Shown piece after piece: positions 11,076 to 23,835 of a stretch of DNA of 33,000 nucleotides (the first letter of the stretch is position 1; every line of letters begins with the position of its first letter). The DNA is from Octopus sinensis. Lineage: Eukaryota. The translations under genes were made by a program, and so were the position numbers. The stretch is from the NCBI RefSeq assembly GCF_006345805.1, contig NC_043001.1, positions 99,851,001-99,884,000 on the forward strand. The letters run 5' to 3'. The notes below the pieces were generated by a model. It saw nothing but the letters and a program-made list of their open reading frames with translations, was not told where the DNA came from and did not search any database.

Positions 11076-12129
11076 TAGTGGTAGTTTTGATGAAGTCAGG
11101 CCATGTGAAAGTAACAGCTGTTGTTTCTCTGTATTTAGTGTTTAAGGTCAATGGTACAATTAAAATGCTTTTTCATATTTATGCCTGAACAAAATGGGAG
11201 AGATAAAGTTTTAGCAACCCAGAGTAGTAGAAATGCTTTTGTTTCAGATTAGTTGACCATGTCATGAGACAAACTGTTAGCATCAGAGGTTGCTATAGAA
11301 ACAAACTTGTATGAGGATCTTACATTTTTAGGATTTTTGTTTTGTTTCGTAAAAAGTCTGTCACGTGGTCTGTGTGAAGTCTTTCATGATTCAAACAACC
11401 TTGTTTTGTGATCTTTGTGATTTGTTGAAAGTCATTACACAGACAGTTTGGCATAATCCATGATAAATTTGCTATCTTTTGTTGGTCAAATGTGTTTACC
11501 TGTCAGTTTTCTTGGGTGTTTTTTTTATGTTTCCTACAAGTGTGGTGCAGATTGCAAGCAATTTCTAGCAGGTTCGTACAAAGCTGGTAATAAACCCAGG
11601 CTAGACGTGAACTGCAGACCATAATTTTAAATTGTTTAGTGCATATTCTTATGACCAGTACTGAATGCAGAGGATTTACAAAATGGTTTATTGGATTATC
11701 CCCCAACTCAGAGAGTTTGTAATGTACTTATAAATAATAGAATAGATTTAAAGAACCAAATTGACTAATAAAAGAAGCCTCTCTCTCCACCTTCACTGCT
11801 GAACAACTGCAAGCCTACATCAATTGTAAACTCACATTTGCCTCCTTTGTTTTGATCTGATTTCTAGTATTTTTGTCTGTTGTGTGTCAGGTGTGTTCAT
11901 GTCATTTAAGGTGTTGCCTTTAATTTATGTTCTCTGGCATTTCTGGAAAGAAAAGAAATGTAACATATAAGGTTGTCCCAAAAGTCCATAGAAAGTCTTG
12001 GAAAATAATGGTCTTTATTTTGAGGAATAATTTTTGTTGTTTTTGTTAGTACTTGGCGAGTAAAAATTCAATTTTCGCAAGTGTTTACGAACTTTTGGGA
12101 CAACCTAATATTTGGCAGGTGTGACTATC

Positions 12130-12800
12130 AGAGTACTTTAGAATTCAGATTTCTAAATGGTTGATAAAAAGTTGAAGAAAGTATGCTTCTGGACCTGGGG
12201 AGCAGAGGGAAACTCTGACTAAGATGACATCTGAATAAGAGACAGTGTGTACATCTTGAGGAGTTATGGGAAGTTTGTGCAGTTTATAGGTAAAAAAAAA
12301 AAGTAAAGAGAGAATGAGGTACCTTATTATACTCTGCTTAGGAAACGGCAAATTCTTGGCTTGGTGACTTATGAAGTAGTTTGCTAATCCGTGTTTTATG
12401 TTGTCTTTTAAGGGGGATTAGAGTAGTTTGGAATTGAGGGAAAATTGTGGGAAGGAGCTGATGTCAATGTCAGGTTGATGAAGGATGCTGTTATAAATTT
12501 TGTGTAAAGTAGTGAGTGGCATGGGAGGCTGAGTTTCTGGGTGTTAGTGGTTTGAATCCATGTTGAGATTTGAAGTGAGGAAAGTATGGGTTTGTGGTCT
12601 CAACAATGAATGTTTCTAGAATTGTTTTGTGGAGGTGAAAGAGAGTGATTGATATGTAATATATCATTTCACTTGAGCTTTAGAATTCTGAATATTTTTC
12701 CTGGTTTCCAAATTCTGAAGATGTCAGTAATAATTCAAGTAAGGATTACTTCAGGCCTTTGATGTATGCATGTGATATTATCTGGCTCAGAGGTTTCTGA
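12130..12800 (-). mobile_element. Degenerate LINE reverse transcriptase (Jockey/I-like), frameshifted
   Basis: Minus-strand frames give EPDNITCIH (GPDNI), RIWKPGKIFRILK (IWKxAKIIPILK), ILETF..SQHGFKP, IDIS, then LHKLPITPQDVHTVSYSDVI..LQLFINHLE (decayed YADD). The order is collinear with non-LTR RT domains. Confidence 0.7.
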
Positions 12801-12833
12801 ATATTGAAATTTCTCTATCTCAATACTAAATGG

Positions 12834-12899
12834 TATTGGCGTCTAATAGAAGCAATATTGGTGCCTCATAGAAGCAATATTGGTGCCTAATAGAAGCAA
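12834..12899. repeat. 22-bp minisatellite, three copies
   Basis: tattggcgtctaatagaagcaa / tattggtgcctcatagaagcaa / tattggtgcctaatagaagcaa, contiguous. Confidence 0.92.
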
Positions 12900-13671
12900 A
12901 GTGTCAAAGTCAGATTAAATGGAGGCTTCATGGTTTTCATTTTTTGTTCCAGTTTTCTTTGCATAGGTTTTGAAGGCCAATTTTCGAAAAATATCTGATA
13001 AGTACATTTGCTTGGTGTTTGAGAGCAAGTATGTTACTTGAAACTGTAGTGAGACTATGCTACTCAAAATTCTTATTGTGACACAAAGTGTCAGTACTGG
13101 AATTGATACCAGTAATTATTTTGTAGAGTGTTACGCTAAGCAGTAGTTGATGTTGGCTACAAATGTTTGCTAATGTTTCTGTTTTCCCTGATTTATTTTT
13201 TTGTTATTTTCTTCTTTAGCTGTTTGATGCTGAGTTTATTTGCTGTGTATAAGTTTGAGATAGTCACAAGAACTGTAGCAGTGGTTGTGCTTTTAGTGTC
13301 TCACGTGATATGCTTTTTTGAAATATCTATTACTATTTAGTGCATATACTGCAATATCAAGGTTGATGACTGGAATGTTGTTGAATTCTGAGAAAATCCA
13401 GTTCCTTGATGTAAGTAGTTCCCTGGGATTTTTCAAATTGTGAAATGTTTTTATCTGATTTTTTTATTATTTATAAATGTATTGTGGTGTTTATAGGTAG
13501 GTGGTGAAAGGGGTGCTGGTGGTACTATTTACCATGTGGTTGCAGGGGTTAGAATTGTAGTTGGTTTGATTATGTTCATGGATGTATTGTTTAGAATATA
13601 AAGCATGGGTTAAATGGAATATAGTTGTGTCACCTCCTGTGTTATACAACAACAACAACAATAATGATAAT

Positions 13672-14080
13672 GAGATAGAGAAAAGGAAGCCAGACATAGT
13701 CTTAATTGAGAAAGAAAGCAAACTATGCTGAATCATAGATATAGCATGCCCAGCTGACAATAAGGTATATGATAAGGAAGAAAGAAAAGTCGAGATATAT
13801 GACATGTTAGCTTGGGAGGTTAAGCAGTTGTGGTCGATGAAAAACGTGGTAGTAGTACTAATAATTGTTGGAGCCCTGAAAACAGTGAGTAAAAATCTTG
13901 AGAAGTACATGGAACAAATAGGGGCTGCAATAAGGGTGGAGCACTTGCAGAAAACAGCACTGTTTGGAACCGCTCAAATACTTCGGAAGGTGCTCGAAAA
14001 ATAAGGGTTGTTACCTTAGTTCACTGGTAGTGAACAGCTGACACCATAGTACATCTCAGCATTAGAAGCTGTGCAAAGGC
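13672..14080 (+). mobile_element. R4/Dong-like non-LTR retrotransposon 3' fragment (restriction-like endonuclease)
   Basis: IEKRKPDIVLIEKESKLC*IIDIACPADNKVYDKEERKVEIYDMLAWEVKQLW..IIVGAL..LQKTALFGTAQILRKVL* contains the RLE PD..D motif and the typical R4-clade C-terminus. One in-frame stop; real stop at 14002-14004. Confidence 0.85.
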
Positions 14081-14245
14081 GATAATAATAATGAAATTAT
14101 TGTGCATAGTGCTCAGGTGCACTACAACTCATCAAAGCTACATGTATAGTACACAGAATTATGTACAAAAGTCAGGAAGGTGAACAGTGTATGAGTCACG
14201 ATGTACAAGTGTGCATGAATATTGAGGGGGGGGGAATCAGGTGTA
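14081..14245 (-). mobile_element. Second, 5'-truncated copy of the CR1/L2-like 3' UTR
   Basis: The reverse complement (tacacctga..cactgttcac.ttcctgacttt.gtacataattct.tgtact.tacatg..cacaataatttcat) aligns by eye with 3620-3775. Confidence 0.88.
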
Positions 14246-15637
14246 TATACTAATTTCGTATCTGTAGATTTTATTGAGTACCCATTTTATTGAGTCTGTC
14301 CACAATGATGGTGTTTAGGAGTGTGTTAAGCTATTGTAGTTGGGATGTGTAATGTAGCAGGACAGTTGGTGAGACTGGAGTTTGCAATGTTTATTCGCTT
14401 AGTTGGTTTGTGTTGGTTTCGTTTTGAACACTATCATTTCTAGACTTTTGTTATATGTTGTTATATTAGATATCATTTGGTTATGTTGTGGGGATACGAT
14501 TATTATGTATGTTATTAGGCATCTACCATATTTTTGTCATGTCTTCCTATCAAGGCATTTAACATTTAGGCTTTAAATTTTGTTTCATGTCTAATATGTG
14601 ATTGGATATGTTTATAGTTTTAGAAGGAAGTGTATTGGCTTTTGTTTATAACTATTGTTTGAATTCAATGCAGGACAAAGAAATAAAGGCTGCACCTCTT
14701 GTCTTCCCTTCTCAGGTTTTGTTGTCAAAGACTTTTAGTGTGAGTTTTTCACATTTTTAAGACTTTGTTTACATGTAAATGATGGTGATGCTCACTGCTG
14801 TTGGTTGCAACATATGAGTCCTTGAAGGAGAAGTCTTAAAGTTGGACCCCCCCCCCCAAAAAAAAAAACACTAAGAAACTGCATCTATTTGCAATGGATG
14901 CCTGAATGTAATTTCAGTCCAGGAATGGATTTTGCTTTACCATGAAGTCAGAATGGGGACACTGATGGTTTTCATTTTGCCTGGGTTTGGGCAAGTGTGT
15001 CAGTGATATTCCACAACCAACATATGTTAATATAGCATTGGAATATACTTACAAAGGTAGAGAGAAACAAACTGTCTGTTCCTCTTTTCAGGTAGAACAA
15101 CCATTTTTAGATTTTTACACTTGATGTCAAGTGTTTTTTTCTCTCTTTATATTTGACAACAAGTTTCCTTAGAGTAACTAAATTTTTCTGCAAGAAAACT
15201 TTATTATCCAATCAGCAATCTCACCATGACCAAAAAATATTTAAAGAGAGATAACACAACTCTCTGTTTAATGTAAGAAATTTTCTAATGTTGTCAGCCA
15301 GCAACATCCTGTCAAATTTCTCTTAAAAAATTTGAAACTAAAGACAAAAAAATAAATAATAACCCAAACAATGAATTACAGACTCTATTGTATAAGTGAT
15401 ACTGTGCATTGTAATGTTTGTTTTTGCTGTGTGTGTGTGTGTTTAGGTCGAACGATTCTATCACAGGACCAGCATTTTAATTCTTCTTTTACACTAATTC
15501 TCATGACCTTTGCCAGGAAAATTTCAAAGTAGATCTAATGGGCTTGTGATTAAGTGATTATACATCTGTGGCATGTTTACAGACACTGTTCCTAGACCCA
15601 TATATTTAAAGTTTTTAATACTTCTCTTTATATTTTT

Positions 15638-15806
<169 letters not shown>

Positions 15807-16463
15807 TTGCTCCATTATGTATATAATTGTTTGTCACAGAAAGCTAAGGGAAAGCTGTCTGAAAACATAGGCGTGAACTAGAAACAATTATCCATGTTTG
15901 TCTGTTTGTTTTGTCTACATTTATCTATTATTACAAAGAGAAGCAAGTCGTATTGATAAATTTATCTCTATCTGATATGTATAGGTGATATATAGATGGA
16001 TCTCTCAAGAGAGATGATGGATAAATAGACAGATAGATCGATAGACATACATTGCTACCTACCTAAACCCACCCGCTCACCTACCTACATGTGTGGGTGA
16101 GTATATCTTTCACTGTATGCTTCTATAGTTCCTCTTTCTGTCTCCCATTCTATTGATCTGCTCATCAATCAAACATTGAGATCCAAGCAACCACTGACAA
16201 ATTGCTTAAGGTATAAGTAATATGATAAGTAAATATTTTCAATATCCTTTAATTCTATCTCAAACCTAGAAATAGTTGTAGTTCTTGAAGAATGGCGTAT
16301 AACATTTTTCATATTTAGTCAAGGAATATTTGAAAGGAATAGTTCATATGAAAAGAATCACTCTTTACAGCTTGAAAGTCTTAATTTTTGTTATTGTTCA
16401 CATGACCAGGTTAAATATTTGAAGTAGCTGCCATTACAGACTTCAGAATAAACAAACCCTACA

Positions 16464-17900
16464 CATCATCATTATCGTCATCACTTAACGTCTGTTTTCT
16501 GTGTTAGCATGGGATGGATGGTTTGACAGGGGATGGCAATCCAGAGGACCGTATCAAGCTCTATTGTCTGTTCAGGAATGGTTTCTAGAGCTGGATACCC
16601 TTGCAAAAATCAATCACTTTACAGAATGTACTGGATGCATTTTTCGTGGTACCTGCATTGGTGGGGTCACCAAGTATCTTGTGAGTCAAGACAAAGTCCC
16701 CACGACTGGAGGGAGTAATATTGAGGGAGATGGCTTTGTGCCTAATGATGAGAGGTTTAAAGAATAGAGGGATAGAGAGAGGCATCTCTCTAGGTGTAAA
16801 AGGGATACAAGGATACCCTAATTGGAGAAGGAAGTGAGAGACTTTGAGGAAAAGACAGAGATAGAAAGAGTGAGAGAGATGGTGGTGGATATATGTTAGG
16901 ACATAGCTTCAAGATATAGTGGTGGTGGTGGTGGTGGGGGTGAATAGGGGTGAAGTGATAGAGAGGGGCAAGTTTCATAGGAATGTGAGGAGAGATGGTT
17001 AGATGGGATAAAGGTGACTGTAGTAGTTGATGGTGAGAGATATAAAAGTGGCCCAAGGGGGGAGAGAATGGGGAATTAAAGTAACTCTGGGGTGTGGAAA
17101 GAGGAAGGCAAGAAAAGGAGGGAATGTACTATGTGCCTATTCTGCTCTCAGAGGATTATGGTAGCTGAATAAGAAAAGTGATGGGTGTTACGGAATAAGA
17201 TGTGGAGGAAAAGCTTGATGGGTCAGTGAGAATAGAGGTGGGGCAGAGCTCTACATATATTTACCAAGGTGGTTTTGGATATTAATTCTATTGTGGTGCA
17301 CAACAATGTGCCAGGTATCTTGGTCCTTTGTCATCTCCTCCATAAGACTCAGCATCTTGAGATCAGCTTTCAATATTTGTCCTGTTTTCCTGGGTTCTTC
17401 CTCTTTCACAAGTTTCATCCACTTCAAACGATTGGTACTTCTTTACGCAACAGTCCTCATCCAAATGCATCACATGACCAAACCAGTGCAATCTTCTCTC
17501 TTGTATGCTACATCTAATTCTTCTTATGCCTAACTTTTCTCTCAATATACTAACACTCTCTCATATACGTACACTGACCACTGCACATCCAATGGAGTGT
17601 ACAAGCTTCGTTCTTCTCTAGTCTTCACTTATCTTCTGCATTTGGGACCCATGTCTCACTACCATGTAGCATTGCTTTTTGTACTCAAGCATCATACAAT
17701 CTGCCTTTCAGTCAGAGAGAAAGAGAGAGAGTGAGAGAGAGAGAGAGGGGGGAGGAGACCTTTGGTTGCCAACCAGGGTAAGAGCTCTCTGAATTTTTTC
17801 CATCCTATTCTTATTCTAACATTTACACTTTTGCAACATCTTCCTCCACTACTTGTTCGGTCATCTGAGTAGCAGAAGATATCCACAGCCTCTAACCTAT
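16464..17900 (-). mobile_element. RTE LINE 3' portion: RT C-terminus, long pyrimidine-rich UTR and family A tail
   Basis: FCY..RTSSGG.C..SV..RIRIGWKKFRELLP and IQERRLHWFGHVMHLDEDCCVKK..ERGR are RTE-clade motifs (17900 to 17265). They are followed by a CT-rich tract (to about 16770) and the (GAT)n tail at 16464. A (TC)n repeat is inserted at about 17712-17752. Confidence 0.85.
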
Positions 17901-18049
17901 ATACTACTCAAGTCTTAATAGACTTGTCCCTTCTAATAATACATGACAATAGAACCTTTAAAAACTTAAAATATTATTTCAGTATCAGATTGATGTATTT
18001 TAATCACTGGACTAAGGCCATTCTTATTCATATCAATCGCCTCAGCACC

Positions 18050-18180
18050 TGACTGATTTCATTGCCCCCAGAAAAATGGAAGGCAAAGACGATCAGGGCA
18101 AAATTTGAACTCGGAATATAAAGAGTGAGCTACCTGACCCCAAAAAATATTTTGTTTAACATTTTGCCATCTTCTGTCAC
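18050..18180 (-). mobile_element. tRNA-derived SINE family B fragment
   Basis: aaggcaaagacgatc..aaatttgaactc is the reverse complement of the B-box region at 7081-7115. Confidence 0.6.
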
Positions 18181-19489
18181 ATCTGTAACATATTCTCATC
18201 TCAAATTTTGATAGTAAAGTTGCAATTATCTTAATTACTCATTATACAACTTTTTAAGGATTTATCAGCCAGAGAAATGGTGTAACATATATTGTATGGT
18301 ATACTACCTTTATCAAATGTACCTAATAAATTAGGAGATGTAATCTACAGTTCACGAGTAATTAGTGAAGCTTAGTTAGGCATTCAAAAGAAATAATAAA
18401 AATTTTATTTTCCTTCTCAGAACTTTAAATGTTCTGAGTCAGTTTCCTTAAGTTTGGGCTAATAGTTTCATGATGTTTTCAATATTTTGAGAAAACTTTT
18501 TCTTCAATGGCAGATTTACCAGTTGCTAGCTGCCGGATATAAAACAGGAATGTGCAATAAAATGAAAGAAGGGAAGAAATATAGTGAGGAAAGGGACACC
18601 AGTTTGTTTAGTGTGTAAGTTAACCTAATGAATTTATTTAGGTTTCAATTAATATTTAGTGTAATTAGATCTGGATGTGTATGATAAAATGTCAGTAATT
18701 TTGTATATTGAAGCCTACTGAATTGGTGTTGTCTGACAAATTTTATAACATATTTTAATGAGATTTTGATGGAGATGTTCATAACTTAAATATAAGATAT
18801 GAAAAATTGGGGTCAGGTGTGTTAGGTTAAGAGGGTTAAGAGATGGAATGCTGATGGGGCATAAAAGTGAGACAGTAATGTTTTTTTATGTGATTGTTTG
18901 ACATGTTAAAAATAGTAACTAAATCTCCTTTTCATGTGTTTTGTTTTTTAAAAAAAATAAGTGACAGTTATATGTATAAAAAAGTCAGGCTATTCATGTT
19001 GAATATGAAATGTTCAACCAAGATATTCATGATCTGAAAACAGGCCTGCTTGATCAGGGCTGATGTGTAGCTAAACAATGAAACAGCTACAACAAGTCTC
19101 AATTACAAAGTTGAGTGAGCCACCATCTTCATCTTGATAATGAAGGTGCAAGCAGCGGAATATTCAACCAAGCATCTGTTTGTGTTGCACAAAACGAAAT
19201 ATATATGTTGCAATGGACTCACTAGATCCTTGTTGGTATGTTAGCTTTTTGACAATGACTTACTTGGCCTGAAGTTTAAGACTTAGCAGTCCCAGCACTC
19301 AAAAATTGGAAAAATTGTAATATGTAAAATATTTTTAGTAAGCCAATATTTATAAGATTAAAAGCAGATTCAAAACGTATTTACTGTATGCCATGAATAA
19401 AGCCTGACAAAAATTGTTATACAAGCAAAATTCATATTTTGTAAAGAGTATTTTATACAAGTTTTCAGTATTTGAAAAATCTTCTGAAT

Positions 19490-19630
19490 TTAACTTTGCC
19501 TTTCATCCTTTCGGGGTCGATAAATTAAGTACCAGTTACGCACTGGGATCGATGTAATTGACTTAATCCTTTTGTCTGTCCTTGTTTGTCCCTTCTGTGT
19601 TTAGCCCCTTGTGGGTAGTAAAGAAATATA
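19490..19630 (+). mobile_element. SINE family B, 5'-truncated
   Basis: actttgcctttcatcctttcggggtcgataaattaagtaccagttacgcactgggatcgatgtaattgact is homologous to 7100-7170. Confidence 0.85.
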
Positions 19631-21244
19631 TTTAGTTATTTTCGAACTCCCTGACAAGAATATAGTTTATTCTGTAAAACAACCTATTCTAGTTTTTATT
19701 TCCTTAATGGCTGTGTTTACCAAACTTTCCAGTAATTTCTGATTTTCACAGTTTGCTACTGTAAACTTAATTAACTTAAGCTAAAAAGCAACACTTTATC
19801 AAAAAGAGTTTAAAAAAAATATTTATGAAAATTCACTTCTTGATTCTTTAAATCAAGCTCCATAGTATGATGTCAAAGTGATAACTACTCTCTTAGAGAA
19901 ACTGTTATTAAATTACTGCAGCATGGAAATAAGAAAATTATTTGAAAATATCAATTTGATTCTTTAACTAATTGGTACAGTTGAAATATTAATAACAATG
20001 TTGGCAATAAATAAAACACTGAAATAAATAAACAATAGAAATAAAGCACACTCAATAATTTACATCACTTGTCTTCAGTAAACAATGAAGGACAGGATTT
20101 CTTTGGATAATTGAAGAAAACCAACTGCTGGAGCTAGAGATAAAAACAAAACATTAATATGCTTTCATTTTATTTTTATAACTGTTATTTCTTTTCTTTC
20201 TTTTAAAGAACGTATAAGGGAAATTTAGCCGCTATTTCTAACAAGTCAACCAATCACACTAGAAACCTTTAAATAACAAACTTGTTTAGATTCACTAAAC
20301 TCCATTTCAACAAAGATGTTGAAGATCAGTTAATATAAACCAACTAATAAATCACTTATAGTAATTGTCATCCATCTTAATATGAGTAACATGGAGTAAT
20401 TTGAGGTAATTTGGTTTTAGTTAATGAGTTGGAAGAATAATTCAATTAAGATGATATTATTACAAGTTAATTTTAAATGAATTATAAAATAATAGTATTT
20501 TCATTAAAGTATGTGACACAAAGTCAATTTCAGATTTATGTTTCTCTTCTTTCACATCAGGTTTTTGTGAAAAAACTAACAAAGATTTCAAAAGAAGCCA
20601 ATCATATATAAAACAGATCTTTTAATGGTCCATCTCTCTAAACTTATATTATTTACAGTATTCATTTCCTTTTCTTCTCCAAAGCATTCTTATTCCACCC
20701 TATTGTGTTCAATAAATCAAAGAAATAAAATAGATGCAAATTGAAAATTGCTTATTATAGCTGGAAAATATAAAGGCAAATTTTACAAATAATGTAAAAT
20801 AAACGAAAGTGTCCACACAAGGCCTAATTGCCAGCCATATTTTTGACTGAGAGGAAATATTTTCATTTATACTCTCTATCCAGTCTCTTTATTTTGCTTT
20901 TCATGTCACATATAAAAAAGTCAAGCTGTATTTAGCTTTATCAAGATGATTATGCTATATTAAAATTTTCTCTTATTGTTCACTGTAAGAGTTTTATATA
21001 CAAGTAAGTCACTCATTTTGAACAAAAGATGATATTTAAATCATTGTTATCTAAATTAGAAAAGGAATATAGAGGCTGTTCTGTATACATAGGTGTTTGT
21101 CAACATATAAAAGCCTAAATATTTACTGTGCACATATTCAATATATCACAGTAATTTTTAAATCGTGCTTTAGGCAACCATGCTTCGTTACTGGAATGCC
21201 AAAATACTGGTAGAGACGGTTTGTTAAATTCTGTATATGACACT

Positions 21245-21910
21245 CAAACATCATCATTACTTAACATCTGATTTCCCTGCTGGCAAGGGTAGGATGGTTT
21301 GACAGGGACTGGCATGTCTCAATGATTTCCACAGCTAGATGCCTTTCATAGGGCCAACCACTTTACAGAGTGTAGTGGGTGTTTTTTTCGTGCCACTGGC
21401 ACTAGTGAGGTTGCCATGTAACTTGCAAGGCAAGAAAGAAAAAAATAAGACAGAGGAGGGGGCAAGGGGGGGAGCTCCCATAACTGAGAAGCATTTGAGA
21501 GGGGAGGGTGGAGATGAGTGGCTGTATGCCAGATGTTGAAAGACTAATGTATGATAGAAGGACAAGCACAAGTGTCTTGCTATAGAGGAGATGTATGACT
21601 GAGGTAACAAGAAAGTGAGCATAATGGAGGATAAGAACTGTGGATCATGGGATGGGATGAGAGAGTATGAGGCAAAAGTAAACAAGTGAAGGTAAAGGTT
21701 GGTGTAGTGAGTGAAAACAAGGATAGGGCAGAGAGGATTTGAAAGAGCAGAGGTGAGAGGTGGGAGATATAGGAGTGGTTCAGGAAGGAGAATAGAACAA
21801 AAAGTAATAGAAGGATATGTAAGATGAAGGAACAATGAAGGTGGGGGAGGGAGATAGAGATAAGAGGCTATAGTAGGTGGGTTATAAGGGTAGATATGGG
21901 AGATAATTGA
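21245..21910 (-). mobile_element. 5'-truncated RTE 3' UTR copy (family A tail plus pyrimidine-rich tract)
   Basis: catcatcattacttaacatc..ggatggtttgacaggg..gccaaccactttacagagtg..ttttcgtg parallels 16464-16690 and is followed by a purine-rich plus-strand tract. Confidence 0.75.
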
Positions 21911-22527
21911 GGATGATAGCAGTTAAGAGAGGCTTTATTTTATTAAAGGGGTGTTTAGAGGGGTAGCCTATGGTAACTTTTATACTGCTATATGGATAGA
22001 GTCAGCTATGTGTACATGTATGTGCATATGTATGTATGTGTGCATGCCTATACGCATGTAAGTATGTATGTATGTGAGTAATTAGGAGAGTGTGTAGACA
22101 TGTCTGTGTGTGTGTACATGTGTATATACATGTGAACGTATGTTTATGTACTGATATGTGTCAGTTCAAGTTGTATACACAACTGTTACTTTGTTGATGG
22201 CTGTATATATACACACACATACGTGTGCGCGTGTGTTTATCCCTCTCACCACCGTCTAACGGCGAATGGATACAACGTCTTAGATACATATATGCACATA
22301 TAACCTTATACATATATATAAGTACACACAATCATATAGAAACTTACACACACACATATATATATACCCATACATACATACATATACACACACACACACA
22401 CATATATATATATATGACACCCTTTTGAAGGACAACGGTTAAAATTGAAAGAGGTTAGTATAGTATATCTCATATTATTATTATATTAAAAAGTTACAGT
22501 TAGAAAAAGTAGGAAAACCTTAAATTT

Positions 22528-23710
22528 CTATTTAAAGTATTTAAAAGTTCTAATTGTGGAGTGAATGCAAGATCATCATAACTCTAGACGATTATTTAGT
22601 AGATTTTTGTTACTTCGATACTTTAAAATTTCATAGGTTTCCATAGAACAGAGTTGACAGCCTACTCTACTATTTCTATAAGGTTTTGCCCTCCTAACTA
22701 TATCCCATTTTAGGTTGTATTCTATATCATTTGTTTTAAGTTCCCAAATTTTGCTAGATAGTGTAGTGCAACCTGCCTTGTTTTAAACGAAAAGAGGAGA
22801 AATGATTGTTAAGACGTCATTTAAAATCAACAGAACAACCAAGATAAAAGAAGCTACCGTTAGAAGTTATTATAGTGCATTTATAAATTACATTTTGGAC
22901 CGAACAACGACCAGATCCCGGACAATTTGATCTAATCCTACAATTACAACTGGGGGGATAATTTTCAGATTTGGAATTATTTAAGGATAGTTCTCTCACA
23001 TTACTGTTATTTAAAATATTATTAGTAATATTATTAGTATTATTTTCATTATTAGTGGTCATATTGATATCCAAAATAGGGTTACTATTTATTGATCCAT
23101 TTACACTATCATTCCCATCTAACATACCAATACCTTTACTACCTACATTACTGGTATTGCTATTATCATTATTTATATTTATATCAATGTTGTTATTATT
23201 GTTATTAATATTATTGCAATCATCATTTTTAGTATTATTTTTATTATCCCTATTATTACCATTATTATTATTTTTATTATTATTATTATTGTTATTATCA
23301 TTGTTATAATGATTATTATTGTTATTTCTATTGTTGATGCTGTTATTACAATTATTATTACTATCCATGTCAATACTATTCATTCTACTCCTGGATAACT
23401 TAATGTTTTTACTATTAAGTCTAGCTATTATGGTAGACATATTTGGGAGGGTTGAATATGAAGTCCTAACTGTTCTCTTACAAATTATTTTATGATATTT
23501 ATGGGAGGCTGGGAAGTTTTTTTCTAGTATAGATTTAAATCTACTGTACACATTCATCATGATTGCCCAATTAAAGGGAATATTTAGCCAAATGATATTT
23601 TCTCTTTGATATTTTTTGTTTAAGTATGAGTTGGAGTGAGATGTGTTATCACCATTCACATGAGAATTATTATTTTTACTTCTATTTACATGTATATTAG
23701 ATTTACACAC
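22528..23710 (-). mobile_element. Penelope-like retroelement, 5'-truncated (RT thumb, Asn-rich linker, GIY-YIG endonuclease)
   Basis: IIWLNIPF..NFPASHKYHKI..VRTSYSTLPNMSTIIARLN; CNCRIRSNCPGSGRC; VIYKC..FYLG..FK*RLNNHFSSF; then, after a frameshift, TTLSSKIWELK..LKWDIVRRAKPY..CQLCSMETYEI..LLNNRLEL. These are Penelope-type GIY-YIG signatures. Confidence 0.92.
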
Positions 23711-23736
23711 ACACTAACTAAACAAATATATAAATG

Positions 23737-23738
23737 TG

Positions 23739-23801
<63 letters not shown>

Positions 23802-23835
23802 TATATATATATGTATGTATATATGTGTGTGTGTG
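23737..23835. repeat. (TA)n/(TG)n microsatellite at the 5' truncation of the Penelope element
   Basis: Direct reading; further (TA)/(CA) tracts extend to about 24050 and lie at 22290-22415. Confidence 0.95.

Noticed and set aside
11030-11115. Apparent exon cag|GTCAAAC...GAAA|gtaaca
   Set aside because: The acceptor lies inside a dispersed repeat motif that recurs at about 10800 and about 20225.
12834-12899. CRISPR-like repeats
   Set aside because: Units are contiguous with no spacers, and the context is eukaryotic. The same applies to 30171-30272.
14250-14700. Second Penelope RT-thumb fragment
   Set aside because: Motif matches were weak and needed several frames. It is equally explained as the upstream part of the decayed LINE at 12.1-13.6 kb, so it is left unassigned.
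14941-15047. ILTYVGCGISL resembling adhesion-GPCR TM1 in a minus-strand exon-like segment
   Set aside because: The following residues are polar (THLPKPRQNENH), there is no complete TM helix, and I found no GPS or other TM exons.
22971-23373. Hydrophobic Leu-rich and Ile-rich ORFs resembling membrane proteins
   Set aside because: Antisense or alternative frames of the (AAT)n linker in the Penelope ORF.
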